Source: Minisyncoccia bacterium (GTDB lineage: Bacteria; Patescibacteriota; Minisyncoccia; UBA6257; 2-01-FULL-56-20). From it: a DNA stretch of 64,000 nt. Position 1 is the first letter of the stretch. Every line of letters starts with the position of its first letter. The stretch is taken from the NCBI GenBank assembly GCA_049997875.1, contig JBEKRC010000003.1:183885-247884 (forward strand). The letters are read 5' to 3'. The translations under genes were made by a program, and so were the position numbers. Positions 29,742-39,481 of this stretch are shown here, in pieces. Below the pieces are notes generated by a model, which worked only from the letters and a program-made list of their open reading frames with translations, was not told the DNA's origin and searched no databases.

Positions 29742-30744
29742 ACACGCGATCGCGGTGACGGCTTGACCGCTTCTTTCGGATAAGCCGGCGGATGCCCCTA
29801 AGAACCCCGTACAGGAAAGCGAGAATAAGAACCGCAATGCCGAATGTTATCGCTTTTTCGTTCCATTTGAGGCCCCAGAAACCATATCCGCTGTAGCCCG
29901 TAAGGGTGCCGGGCGGCAAAACCGCGAGGTCAAGCATTCCCTGACCGATGACATCGCCATCGTCCTTCCCGTAGATCTTATAAAAGACACGGTAGCTGCC
30001 CTGGGGCAGATAGGTCGGCATCTCGGCGACGACCTCCTTCCTTTGAAAAGGCCGCACCGAATCAAGTCCGTTCGTATTTTCCTCGGTCTCAAGCGTCGTC
30101 CCGCTCAAATATTCGTCGTATTGAAATACCACCTTGTGCGGCGACCCGGGAATATTCCCCGTATTCTCCACGTCCATGGTGAACAGGACCTTTCCAGGAA
30201 AGTGCATCCACCAGAACGAGTGCCCTTCTTCGGTGTTCGTCATGGCCACGCGGTTAACTTTCAACTTCGCCATTCTGCTGTCGATAACCTGGAGGTCAAC
30301 GTCGATCTGGGCGCCGATCGTAATGCCGATTGTGCCCGACGTCGGGGGAGCAAGCGGGGAAACCACCACCCGGATATTTCCCACGTAGTGACCGAGTTTC
30401 GCGTCGCTTGGGACATTCACGCTCACGAGTATCGGGACTTGCTGCACTCCCGTCGGCATCGTGAACTGCGTCCCGCGGTCGATGGATATCCAACTGTCCG
30501 CCCCCGGCACGTCAATCGAAATATTCGCGCGAAGGTCTTGCGTCGGATTGCTGCGGACCAAAAGGATGGCTTGCTCATAATGGGAGTTTTGTACGAGCGA
30601 GCCGTTTGTCACGTACGGCGGCGTTATGCCGAACCCATCCGCGCGCACCGGCAAAGCCGCCCGCAGACACAAAACGAACATTGCGAACGCAATAAAAAGA
30701 AAAAGAGGCGCCTTTTCCCTCCACAACCCCGTCATCTTCCCCAT
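29713..30744 (-). CDS. surface protein, DUF916/CscA-like architecture (signal peptide, beta-rich ectodomain, C-terminal TM plus basic tail)
   Basis: Signal peptide; N-terminal FGITPPYVTNGSLVQNSHYEQAILLVRSNPTQDL (fsv.P..p.nq...v.v.N pattern); C-terminal TM FGIAVLILAFLYGVLRGIRRLIRKKR. Confidence 0.5.
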   Translation of the reverse strand: MGKMTGLWREKAPLFLFIAFAMFVLCLRAALPVRADGFGITPPYVTNGSLVQNSHYEQAILLVRSNPTQDLRANISIDVPGADSWISIDRGTQFTMPTGVQQVPILVSVNVPSDAKLGHYVGNIRVVVSPLAPPTSGTIGITIGAQIDVDLQVIDSRMAKLKVNRVAMTNTEEGHSFWWMHFPGKVLFTMDVENTGNIPGSPHKVVFQYDEYLSGTTLETEENTNGLDSVRPFQRKEVVAEMPTYLPQGSYRVFYKIYGKDDGDVIGQGMLDLAVLPPGTLTGYSGYGFWGLKWNEKAITFGIAVLILAFLYGVLRGIRRLIRKKRSSRHRDRVYAPPPSPNK

Positions 30745-30779
30745 GATAGCACGGGACGGGAGAAACTCAAGGCATTACA

Positions 30780-32645
30780 TTACCAACTGGAAGGAGCGCT
30801 CCGCTGGGCAACGAACGTATTTTGGCCAGTGTAGTTGCCGGCGAGCAGAATCGAACTCGGGACCGAGATGCCCCAATAAGTTGCCCCTAAGGACGACGTT
30901 GCCGTTGATGTTGACTTGGGAATCTGGATGGCGAGCAACGCCCCGGGATTCACGAGCAACGCGGTGCCCGATGCATAGACCACACCGGAGGTGGCGTAGG
31001 TTATCTGCCCGACCGGGATGGTGGACGTCGTGGAAACCGGACAGCTCGGATAGGTAGTACACATCGAAGTGCCGTATAGCGTTTCGTTGAGGCCGAGATT
31101 GCCGAGTTCGGAGAGCGTCGTCGTCTGGGCCAAGGTCGGAGTCGTGGAGCCCGAAGACAGGGACCCGAAATTTATGCTCGGCGTATTGAGCTGCGAAGCA
31201 AGGAAGCTCAACACGGTACTGGTATTGGCGCTCGTGACGACCGTACTCGTCATGCCCACGTAATTCGTTGCCTGGACAGCCGCAGCCCAATTTTGATTGT
31301 AATACTGGGTGCTCGTCGCAGTGCCATCGGTGGGATCCGTGACGTACCAGAGCGGAAAGGTACAAGTCCATTGCGACGTGATTGAACTTGATCCAGCGCA
31401 CGAGCCGCCGTTCTGGGAACAGCTCCAATTCCATGTGGATGTGCCTATGGCCGCCGGATAACAATTGTTGGGATTGTAATTTCCGGATGACGAGCAATTC
31501 CCGAGGCCGATGCCAGAACGGAAAATGTCAATGCTCGCAGTCGCGACCTCTTGCCCGCCCACGGACGTCAAACAGCTGTTGTTGTCGGATGCCGTGAAGG
31601 TCACCTGGAAACCGGTCGTCTGCCCTCCCGGGTTTGTGAGCGAAAGCAGCGTGGTAGAACCGGTCGTGTTCAGCAAATTAATGCTGGACGATGCGATCGT
31701 CGGCGCAACCGCATTCACTGTTTCGGTTGCGTTCGTCCCCTGCGCGCCGCCGGAAGGAGGTACCAGAAACTGGTCAATGATGTAGCCATATGAGGAATAT
31801 CCGTTGTCCTGCGTTGGGATTGAAATGGTGGTCGTGCATGTGGGGTTGAGCGTGATGCCGGAGGTGGGCGAAGAGCAATATGTTCCACCAGGGCCGCAGG
31901 CCGTGCCCGTGAAGTCCGTCGCCTTGCAAACGAAAAGTTGGATGGTGGTAGTGGACCCCGTGAAGGTATCGCTGCTTGAGGCAGTGGCCGTCCACGTCAC
32001 GACGGCTCCCGGATTAGCCGGGGAATTGTTTGAGAACGCAGTGAACCGTGGACGGTGGTCCAAAACGAAAGGAGATGCCGTGTTCCCGCTTCCCTGCTGG
32101 TACGTGTTATTGCATCTCGGATTGAACGCGTTACCGTCGCAGATCCAAGCGAACCAAGCGTTGAACTGCGCGTCGGTTGATGACGGGGTATATGTTGACG
32201 TCGCATTGGTCCCGCTCGGGGTTGAGGTGGAAACCGCCCATTGGTTGCTCGCGCCCCCCCCGCAGGTCGGCGGGGCGCTGGCGTTCGCCGTCGGCGTGCT
32301 GCTTGATTTGCAAATCAAAAGATAGTAATTGTTCCCGTTCGGGCTTGTCCCTACCGCGACCCAGCTGATGGGAATCCCGACCACTGCCGGGCTGCTCGTC
32401 GTGTAGGGAGCAGCCTCCTGGGCGTTCACCGTCCAAAGCGGCGGCGTATTCAAAACCGTCAGGGTTGTCGTCGCGGTGCTCTGTGCCATTGCGAACCTTG
32501 CCGGACGCAAGGAACCAGTTGCCCAGAAGTTCACTGCGAGGATCGCGAAGGCCGTGAGCACGCCGAGCACGAGCACTAAAGCAGCAACCCGCCCGTGCGT
32601 ATCACGAAGGCACTCCTTAAGTTGCCGGGAATTGAAAAATTTCAT
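30780..32645 (-). CDS. giant secreted T/S/N-rich surface protein with conserved C-terminal module (class A)
   Basis: 621 aa with signal/TM at the N-term. The last ~120 aa (..NFGSLSSGSTTPTLA..LGNLGLNETLYGTSM..ATYWGISVP..GNYTGQNTFVAQRSAPSSW) are homologous to the C-terminus of the 36871..39432 product. Confidence 0.5.
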   Translation of the reverse strand: MKFFNSRQLKECLRDTHGRVAALVLVLGVLTAFAILAVNFWATGSLRPARFAMAQSTATTTLTVLNTPPLWTVNAQEAAPYTTSSPAVVGIPISWVAVGTSPNGNNYYLLICKSSSTPTANASAPPTCGGGASNQWAVSTSTPSGTNATSTYTPSSTDAQFNAWFAWICDGNAFNPRCNNTYQQGSGNTASPFVLDHRPRFTAFSNNSPANPGAVVTWTATASSSDTFTGSTTTIQLFVCKATDFTGTACGPGGTYCSSPTSGITLNPTCTTTISIPTQDNGYSSYGYIIDQFLVPPSGGAQGTNATETVNAVAPTIASSSINLLNTTGSTTLLSLTNPGGQTTGFQVTFTASDNNSCLTSVGGQEVATASIDIFRSGIGLGNCSSSGNYNPNNCYPAAIGTSTWNWSCSQNGGSCAGSSSITSQWTCTFPLWYVTDPTDGTATSTQYYNQNWAAAVQATNYVGMTSTVVTSANTSTVLSFLASQLNTPSINFGSLSSGSTTPTLAQTTTLSELGNLGLNETLYGTSMCTTYPSCPVSTTSTIPVGQITYATSGVVYASGTALLVNPGALLAIQIPKSTSTATSSLGATYWGISVPSSILLAGNYTGQNTFVAQRSAPSSW

Positions 32646-32656
32646 AATTTGTAGAG

Positions 32657-32830
32657 TTTTCTTACTACTATTTTAGCAGAAAAGCGTTACTTCAAGGGCG
32701 AAGTTATCCACAGGGAGCTATTTGCATATCCACAGGGGGCTAAGGGCTTTCTTACTACCATTTTAACAGGAAAAGCGTTACTTCAAGGGCGAAGTTATCC
32801 ACAGGGAACTATTTGCATATCCACAGGGAG
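32657..32830. repeat. ~91-bp tandem direct repeat (2 units) in the intergenic promoter region
   Basis: The unit TTTCTTACTAC(T/C)ATTTTA(G/A)CAG(-/G)AAAAGCGTTACTTCAAGGGCGAAGTTATCCACAGGGA(G/A)CTATTTGCATATCCACAGGG is repeated at 32657 and 32748. Confidence 0.85.
32704..32825 (+). promoter_or_regulatory. cluster of four DnaA-box-like sites (2x TTATCCACAGGG, 2x ATATCCACAGGG)
   Basis: Perfect TTATCCACA at 32704 and 32795, ATATCCACA at 32726 and 32817. The pair sits 22 bp apart within each repeat unit, 55-185 bp upstream of the 30780..32645 start codon. Confidence 0.5.
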
Positions 32831-34033
32831 TTACTTGTACCTGATCGCCTCGAGCGGGCTAATAGACGATGCCCGTCGTGCAGGGAAAATGCCGGTAATA
32901 AAACCTACGATTGCCGAAAAAACAGTAATGAAACCCAAAAAAGTGAGCGGAAAACTGAAAAGCTGCACGGCCGTCCCCCCGTAATGCGCCGCAACAAGAT
33001 TGAGAATATAATTGATTATCAGCCCGCCGGCAATTCCCATGGACATCCCGACCATGCCGCCCAGAAATCCCACGACGACCGCCTCGGCAAGGAAAAGAAT
33101 CTGGATGTCCCCTGGCGAAGCGCCCAACGTTCTCATAACACCAATCTCGTTCGTTCGTTCGAGGAGCGTCACCGTCATTGTATTGAACATGCCGATGGCG
33201 GACACGACGAGCGCGATGCCGCCGAAGCAGGCCAGGACGATCTGCACCCCTTGGAAGATCTGGTTGGCCTGCTCCACGGTCTTCGAAAGCGCCGTCACAA
33301 TGAAACCCTGTTTTACAATCTCGTCCTGGATGGCGTTCAGCGCCCCGCTTCCCGTCGCGCGCACCTGGGCGCCATCATAGAATGGAATGCCTACCTGCGC
33401 CGCAAGGGTTGCGAGCGGAATCATAACGTAGATGGAGGAAACGTCGGTCGTCACCCCCTTCACCATAAAGCTCCCGTTCAGAACGACCTGGTCGGCCCCG
33501 GCGGCGTTGCTGGTTTGGACGAACACCCGGAACGTGACTGTCCTGCCCAGAATGTCGCGTGGATCGTTAATGCCGAAGAGTTTGAGAGCGGCGCTTGAGA
33601 GGATAACGCGCGTCTGATCGGCCGAGGCATCCGTAAAGGGTTCGCCCGCCGCCATCGCAATGCCGGCATACTTGAAATACGACGCGCGCACTCCTTGAAG
33701 ATCGGCATTCGCGCTCAACGCATCAATGGTAATGAGCGAGGAGAATTTGGCGAGCGGCGAAACATCCTGGACATTCGGGATGGTTTTGAAATTTTCTATT
33801 GCCGCATCCGTGAGCGTCACTGCCTGTGACGGCGGGTTGCTTACGCTCAGGCTTAACAGGGTGTCACCGAAAACAATTTTCTCAAGCAAGACGTTTTGTA
33901 GGCCGAAACCAAGTCCCACAAGCATGACGACGGCAGAGGTGCCGACGCCCATGCCGAGGATCGTAAGCCATGTCCTCGCAGGATTGGTCTTGAACATTCT
34001 CGTTGAAAGTTTTATGGCATCGCTTGCGCGCAT
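32831..34033 (-). CDS. MacB/FtsX-family ABC transporter permease
   Basis: 400 aa; N-terminal TM, large extracytoplasmic domain, C-terminal 3-TM FtsX module (RTNEIGVMRTLGAS motif). Confidence 0.85.
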   Translation of the reverse strand: MRASDAIKLSTRMFKTNPARTWLTILGMGVGTSAVVMLVGLGFGLQNVLLEKIVFGDTLLSLSVSNPPSQAVTLTDAAIENFKTIPNVQDVSPLAKFSSLITIDALSANADLQGVRASYFKYAGIAMAAGEPFTDASADQTRVILSSAALKLFGINDPRDILGRTVTFRVFVQTSNAAGADQVVLNGSFMVKGVTTDVSSIYVMIPLATLAAQVGIPFYDGAQVRATGSGALNAIQDEIVKQGFIVTALSKTVEQANQIFQGVQIVLACFGGIALVVSAIGMFNTMTVTLLERTNEIGVMRTLGASPGDIQILFLAEAVVVGFLGGMVGMSMGIAGGLIINYILNLVAAHYGGTAVQLFSFPLTFLGFITVFSAIVGFITGIFPARRASSISPLEAIRYK

Positions 34034-34035
34034 GG

Positions 34036-35346
34036 TCAGAGATAAAGGCCTTGGGCCAATAATTTTTCAAGATATCGCGCCGCGCCCCGCGCATGATCCG
34101 AATCGAGGCCGATGCCGCCTGCTTCAAGACTGGTTTGCAACCGGCGACGGAAGTCATCCTGCTCTATAAAACCGCGAATACGGAACTTAAGGAGCTCGTC
34201 AAACCGTTCCTTTTGCTCAGGAGACAGCGAAAGCCCGCACTCCCGGATGACATCTTCCCGCACGGTGGCAAGCCGCTCCGCCTGCTTGGGCGAGATGACC
34301 CGGGCCTCGAAATTATCCCGATAAACCCTAATTTCCCGAGCCTCTTTGAGTATGGTGTTTATCTTATCCTCAAAGAGCTTCGCCTGCTCCTTATGGATGC
34401 CTACTCCACCCTCCTCCATGTCCTTGATAAGTAAGGCCCTGAACCCCTCGTCGGTGAGCTGCCCCTCAAGGAACATCTCCACGGACTTCTCAAGATGCTG
34501 GATCTCTTCAAATCCGATGTCCTGCGTTAGGAAATTCACGATGCTTTTCACCCGGAGATCATCTGGCGTGGCGTAGGGATAGATGCGCGCGAGCTTCTCA
34601 ATCTCCGAAAGCACCGATGTCCCCGGGTCGGTCTGCTTGATCTGCTTCCGCTCCGGATTGATCACCTCGCGTTCCACCTGGCCGTCTTTCAGATAATAGA
34701 CGCGGTGCGCATAGGGCAAAAGTTTCGCGTCGTGCGTGACGAGAATCACGGTTTTCTCATCTTTCACGTTGATCTCCTCAAGCGTGCTCATGACCTGATC
34801 CGCCGAAACGCTGTCCAAGTTCCCCACCGGCTCATCGGCAAAGAGGATCTCCGGATTGTTCGCAAGCGAGCGAGCGACCGCGACGCGTTGCGATTGTCCA
34901 CCCGAGAGGTCCGTGGACTGCTTGTGCGCCTGTTGGTCCACGCCGAAGCGCGTGAGGAGCTGCATCCCCCGCTTGTTGCGCTCGGTCTTGCCCACACCCG
35001 CGAAAATGAGCGGCAGGGCAACATTATCAAGCACGGAAAGCGACGGGATAAGATTGAACGATTGATAGATGATGCCGACGATCTTGCGCTGGAAATGCGC
35101 CATCTGCTGCACGTTGTAGCGGTAGATATTGTCCCCCTTCACGATCACCTCGCCGGATGAAGGCGGGAGAATTCCAAGGAGCGAATAGAGAAGCGTTGAT
35201 TTTCCGCAACCGGACGGACCGAAGAGGACGATGTACTCGTTTGGATAGATATCCAGACTCTCGCCGCGCAGCGCGTAAAACTCGTTGGACTTGCCCTCGT
35301 TATAGACGACTCTCACATTCCTGACCTTGATGATAGGTTCGATCAT
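34036..35346 (-). CDS. ABC transporter ATP-binding protein (MacB/LolD-type) with ~200-aa C-terminal helical extension
   Basis: Walker A GPSGCGKST, signature LSGGQSQRVAVAR, Walker B ILFADEPVGNLD. The extension contains the internal repeats ...EEGGVGIHKEQAKLFE... and ...EAGGIGLDSDHARGAARYLE.... Confidence 0.88.
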   Translation of the reverse strand: MIEPIIKVRNVRVVYNEGKSNEFYALRGESLDIYPNEYIVLFGPSGCGKSTLLYSLLGILPPSSGEVIVKGDNIYRYNVQQMAHFQRKIVGIIYQSFNLIPSLSVLDNVALPLIFAGVGKTERNKRGMQLLTRFGVDQQAHKQSTDLSGGQSQRVAVARSLANNPEILFADEPVGNLDSVSADQVMSTLEEINVKDEKTVILVTHDAKLLPYAHRVYYLKDGQVEREVINPERKQIKQTDPGTSVLSEIEKLARIYPYATPDDLRVKSIVNFLTQDIGFEEIQHLEKSVEMFLEGQLTDEGFRALLIKDMEEGGVGIHKEQAKLFEDKINTILKEAREIRVYRDNFEARVISPKQAERLATVREDVIRECGLSLSPEQKERFDELLKFRIRGFIEQDDFRRRLQTSLEAGGIGLDSDHARGAARYLEKLLAQGLYL

Positions 35347-35351
35347 AAAAA

Positions 35352-36845
35352 TTATTTTCCGCTCGTCCCGCCTCCGCCTCCCAAGCCGTTCAGCCAGCCG
35401 AAGGTGCTCTTGAAATTCCCGACGATGATATCAATGATGCTTTTCTCCTGTTCCGGCGTAAGGAGCACGAAATCTTCGGAGCTCGTCGCATTGCCGTCGG
35501 CATCGGTACAGGTGACCCAATACTTGTACACCGTGCCCGGCGCGAAACTGGTCACGACACTTACGTGCTTTTGGAGCAGCCCCGTTTCCGCGGGCATGTT
35601 GACCGTATCCTTGTCGTTCTTCACGATGCCGGGCACGTACGAAAGATTACAGGAGGCGGGTTCGTCCGTCTGCCACGAAACGATAGTCTGCACCGTGGTC
35701 TCTTGGCCGGGATAGAGCGCGGAATCGTTGTTCACCTGCGAGATAACCGGGGGTATGAGATTCTTTGTCGTCACAAAGTAGAGCGGCTGGCTCGTTACGA
35801 CGTCGCCGGCCTGGTTTGTGGCTCTGATCACCACCGAATACCGCGTCTGGAAGATAAGATCGTTGAGCTGAATATTGTGGGTCACGAGGAATGCCGGGTC
35901 GCCGACCGAAAGTGTTTTCCGCGTACTCATGTTGGTATACTCCACGGTGCCCGCCGTCGGGAGCGGCGTCGCCCAGCTCACCGTCGCCCCGTGCTCCTCT
36001 ATCTTTGCGAGCCGCAGGCTCAGGATCTGCGGCAGGAGCGACTTCGTGGTGAACGTGAGGTCATTACTCTCTCCCGGCTGACCGATCGTCCCCCGCGAGG
36101 AGACTTTATAGTGGTAGAGAGTACTCGGCGTAAGACCGTAGACGGTCACCGCGTGCGTTTGGGTATTGCCGTTCGGATCGTCATCCTTTCGCGTATAATT
36201 GCCGGGGTTTGCCCGGTATTCGGCGTCCGAAGCCACATAGACCGAACCGTCAGCGTCCACGTCAGTATTCCAAGCAATAGCCACCTGGTCGGCGCCGATG
36301 TCAAGTTGCGGATCGCCGAGAATCTTCGGCGGACCGACGTTCGCCGCCTCTTGTGAGCTTAAGGCTTGGGCCACGGCGCTAAACGCCGCCGCATTCGTAA
36401 TGCCCTGAATCGCCGCGATCGCCCGCGCCGCGAGGTTCTTTTGCTCGACGTTCGCAACCTGGGCCAACGTCGGCACGCTCATCGTGCTTGTCGTCGTGAA
36501 TGTGTAATCGCCGGAATAGCTTTGGTTGCTGTTCACGTCCGTCGCGCGGATCCGAAAGAAGTAGGTCGTCCCGGGAATGAGATCCAGGACCGCGATGCTG
36601 TGCGCCGTATCCAGTTCGCCCGCGTTGCGGATGCCGCAATAGTCCGTGTCCTCGCTCACTTCAATGAAACTGTCGGTTTTGCGGTCGGTCGTCCAGGTAA
36701 CGGTCGTGGAGGTCGCCTCCACGTTCGTAAACTGAACATTTGAGATGACGGGAGAATTGTCGGCGATCACCTGATGCACTACCGCGGCAGCGATCGCGAG
36801 AGCAAAGGCGACGACAAGGGCGGGAGCGAGAAGGCGCAAGCGCAT
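35352..36845 (-). CDS. secreted protein with multiple fibronectin type III-like domains
   Basis: Start at the internal Met MRLRLLAPALVVAFALA (signal peptide); FN3-like VTWTTDRKTDSFIEVSED...GTTYFFRIRATD repeated. Confidence 0.6.
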   Translation of the reverse strand: MRLRLLAPALVVAFALAIAAAVVHQVIADNSPVISNVQFTNVEATSTTVTWTTDRKTDSFIEVSEDTDYCGIRNAGELDTAHSIAVLDLIPGTTYFFRIRATDVNSNQSYSGDYTFTTTSTMSVPTLAQVANVEQKNLAARAIAAIQGITNAAAFSAVAQALSSQEAANVGPPKILGDPQLDIGADQVAIAWNTDVDADGSVYVASDAEYRANPGNYTRKDDDPNGNTQTHAVTVYGLTPSTLYHYKVSSRGTIGQPGESNDLTFTTKSLLPQILSLRLAKIEEHGATVSWATPLPTAGTVEYTNMSTRKTLSVGDPAFLVTHNIQLNDLIFQTRYSVVIRATNQAGDVVTSQPLYFVTTKNLIPPVISQVNNDSALYPGQETTVQTIVSWQTDEPASCNLSYVPGIVKNDKDTVNMPAETGLLQKHVSVVTSFAPGTVYKYWVTCTDADGNATSSEDFVLLTPEQEKSIIDIIVGNFKSTFGWLNGLGGGGGTSGK

Positions 36846-36870
36846 ATACCTATAGTCTATCAGAGTCTTC

Positions 36871-39432
36871 CTACGGCCACGGCAGCGAGTTGCGCACACC
36901 GATGAATGTATTCACGCCGGTATAATCTCCCGACGATTGTGGCACGGGCAGGCTGACGCCCCAATAAAGCGCGGCGCTCGCAGGATTGGCAGATGAGGTG
37001 GTCTTCGGAATCGCGAGCAACGTCGTAGTTCCCGGGCTTGGAAGGAGCGAGTTCCCCGACGCGTACGCGACCATCGAGGTCGCGTAATCCTGCGCTCCCA
37101 CGCCCAGGCTGCTCGAGCCGCTCGTCATGTTCGTGCCATACAGAGTGACGTTCAGCGAAACGTTCCCGAGCGACATGATAACGGTGGGAATGGCAAGCGA
37201 CGGCGTTCCCGATCCGGGCGCGAGGGACCCGTAGCTGATCGATGAGGTCATCTGGAGGCCGACGAGCGAAAGTAACGGTATGCCGGTTGACGTTGCGACC
37301 GACGACGTGGCGCCTTCGGCATCGGTTGCCTGGACGGCCGCCGACCACGAATCCCCCGCCCATGGCGTTCCGGAGTCGGTCGGCTGCGCAAAATACCAAA
37401 GATTCGCCCCGCAGGTCGCCGTGCACGCGGTGGCGTAACACAAGCTCAACGCACAACTCACGTTCCGGTAGCAATCGTTGTTGTCTGCGGTGCAACTCGG
37501 GCCGAGGCTCGTGCGATAGAATGTTGCCGTCGTTGTCGAAAGGTCGGTGTAACCGTTCGCGTCGCTCACAGTCGCCGTCGCCTGGATGAGCGTTGTCGTT
37601 CCCGCGACAAGCGAGATATTGCTGCCGCTGTTGCCGATCAAAGTGACATTGCTTGCCGAGGGCGCCACCTCGCCTATCACAATCTGGGGGTAAACGGCAT
37701 AGGAAGCAAACACGGTGCCGCTCGCCGTCACAGCCCTGAAACAATAGTCCGCTCCGACCTTCGCGCCGTTATCAGCGAGCGAAAGGTCCCACTTCCCGTC
37801 CGCTGCGGCCGGGATCGGACCTTGCGAGTTCGTGAACGGGTTTGAGGCGTCGTAGGTTTGGATCACAATGGTGCTCGAGCCGTCCACGGGGTCGGTGGTC
37901 GTGGGTGTGAGCGGTGACCCGTCCGTGACGCCGGCATTCGCATAATATTGGACAAGACCGCTTGACGTGGCGACGTTCGTATAACTCGCGGGATTCCCTC
38001 CCGAGGGTGCCGCGCAGTTCCCCGTCCCCGCTTCAACGTATTGCAGGTTGAACGACTGCGTGTTTGAGTCAACCTGGCTTCCCGCAACGCGGATGAGGAT
38101 GCGCAGGCGGAAGGTGGAGCTTGTGACAAGCTGGGCCGTCGCCGTCGCGTTCTGTGCTGCCAAGGGCAAGCCAACCGAAGTGGAAGCGATGTTCGCGAAC
38201 CACCTATAATCCGCAAGCGTGAAGCTCGGCGGGCTTTCCTCGCTTCCCTCCGTAATGAAGGTTCCGGGCGAGTTTTCGTCGTTGTATTCGGTCTGGATCC
38301 AGTTCAGAGGACGGATGATCTTGGAAATGCGAACTTCGTCTATCTTTCCCTTGAAGTAGGAGGTCCATGCCTGGTGGTAACCGATCGTCGTGCTCGCAAG
38401 GCCCGTCAAAGGCGACGTGTCGGAGCCTGTCCCTCCCTTTCCTGTGGTCGTGGCGGAACCGTCGACGTAAACGCTGAATTGAGTGCTTGTTACGGATGTC
38501 CCGGAAGCTGCCGCCCACGTGCCGACCACGTAGTGCCACTGTCCGTTATTGATCGCCGTATTGCTGGCTTCCACACCGATCCAGATGTTGGCGGAGTCGT
38601 CGCCGAACATCAATTTGCCGGTGGAGCTCGGGATCCCCATGAACTGGTTGCCGCAGCCCGTGCTGCCGCACGAGCCGTTCCCATCCAAGGCAAGCGTTAA
38701 AGAATGGCCGGCTCCCGAGCCCCTGTCCTGGACGATGACGCTTGTTGTTGATACGGTGCTTGAAACATTAACCCATGCCTCAATCGTTTCTGCAGTCGAA
38801 GACGATTGGAAGAGCGGCGTCGTGATATCCTGGCTGGAACCGTTCAGATTGACCGCGCCGTCTATTTTTCCGGCGGTCGACGTAGCGCTGCCCACTATGG
38901 TCCCGTTGTTCGCGTTCGCCGTGGAGTCCTTTGCGGAAAGCGTTGAGGTGCCGGTTGTCGGGAGGTGCCACACCCCCGAGTAGTTGCTGTCCCATGTGTT
39001 CGTGGGAGTCTGTAAGCTCGTCGTCGAGGAAGGATTGTTGTAGTACATGTAGAAGAGCGTATTCGTCGAGGTAGAGACCGTGGGGAGCTTCACCCATGCT
39101 TCAAGCTCACCGGTGCTTGATACGTAATGTTCTATCTCAAAATTAAGGAGGGACACGCCATCCGAGTTCGTGAAAAGAATATCGCTGCCGCTCGCCACGG
39201 TCTCCGCCGCGAGGTTCGTATCCGAGGCGATGCCCACAAGAACGGGGAAGTTGGATATGGTAGACGTGGTGCTCGAAGAAACCTGCGAATAGTTTACCGT
39301 TAAAAGCTTGCGGTGCAGCCACGCGGTGTTGTACCACTGTGACGCGCGGGCCGTAGAGAATGGCGCAAGAAGTGCGCCCGCAACGAGCAGCGCGCCAAGT
39401 AAAAAAAGTGCGTTTCGCGAAGGGCCAGGCAT
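36871..39432 (-). CDS. giant secreted protein: DUF2341 plus LamG/concanavalin-like domain plus class-A C-terminal module
   Basis: WLHRKLLTVNY...ISNFPVLVGIASDTNL...GSDILFTNSDG..LNFEIEHY (DUF2341 pattern), then WHYVVGTW...FSVYVDG...GKIDEVRIS (Laminin_G_3 pattern). The C-terminus is homologous to 30780..32645. Confidence 0.65.
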   Translation of the reverse strand: MPGPSRNALFLLGALLVAGALLAPFSTARASQWYNTAWLHRKLLTVNYSQVSSSTTSTISNFPVLVGIASDTNLAAETVASGSDILFTNSDGVSLLNFEIEHYVSSTGELEAWVKLPTVSTSTNTLFYMYYNNPSSTTSLQTPTNTWDSNYSGVWHLPTTGTSTLSAKDSTANANNGTIVGSATSTAGKIDGAVNLNGSSQDITTPLFQSSSTAETIEAWVNVSSTVSTTSVIVQDRGSGAGHSLTLALDGNGSCGSTGCGNQFMGIPSSTGKLMFGDDSANIWIGVEASNTAINNGQWHYVVGTWAAASGTSVTSTQFSVYVDGSATTTGKGGTGSDTSPLTGLASTTIGYHQAWTSYFKGKIDEVRISKIIRPLNWIQTEYNDENSPGTFITEGSEESPPSFTLADYRWFANIASTSVGLPLAAQNATATAQLVTSSTFRLRILIRVAGSQVDSNTQSFNLQYVEAGTGNCAAPSGGNPASYTNVATSSGLVQYYANAGVTDGSPLTPTTTDPVDGSSTIVIQTYDASNPFTNSQGPIPAAADGKWDLSLADNGAKVGADYCFRAVTASGTVFASYAVYPQIVIGEVAPSASNVTLIGNSGSNISLVAGTTTLIQATATVSDANGYTDLSTTTATFYRTSLGPSCTADNNDCYRNVSCALSLCYATACTATCGANLWYFAQPTDSGTPWAGDSWSAAVQATDAEGATSSVATSTGIPLLSLVGLQMTSSISYGSLAPGSGTPSLAIPTVIMSLGNVSLNVTLYGTNMTSGSSSLGVGAQDYATSMVAYASGNSLLPSPGTTTLLAIPKTTSSANPASAALYWGVSLPVPQSSGDYTGVNTFIGVRNSLPWP

Positions 39433-39481
39433 GGGATATTACCTAAATTATAAAGTAATATCGCGGCATCCGCGACGGTCT

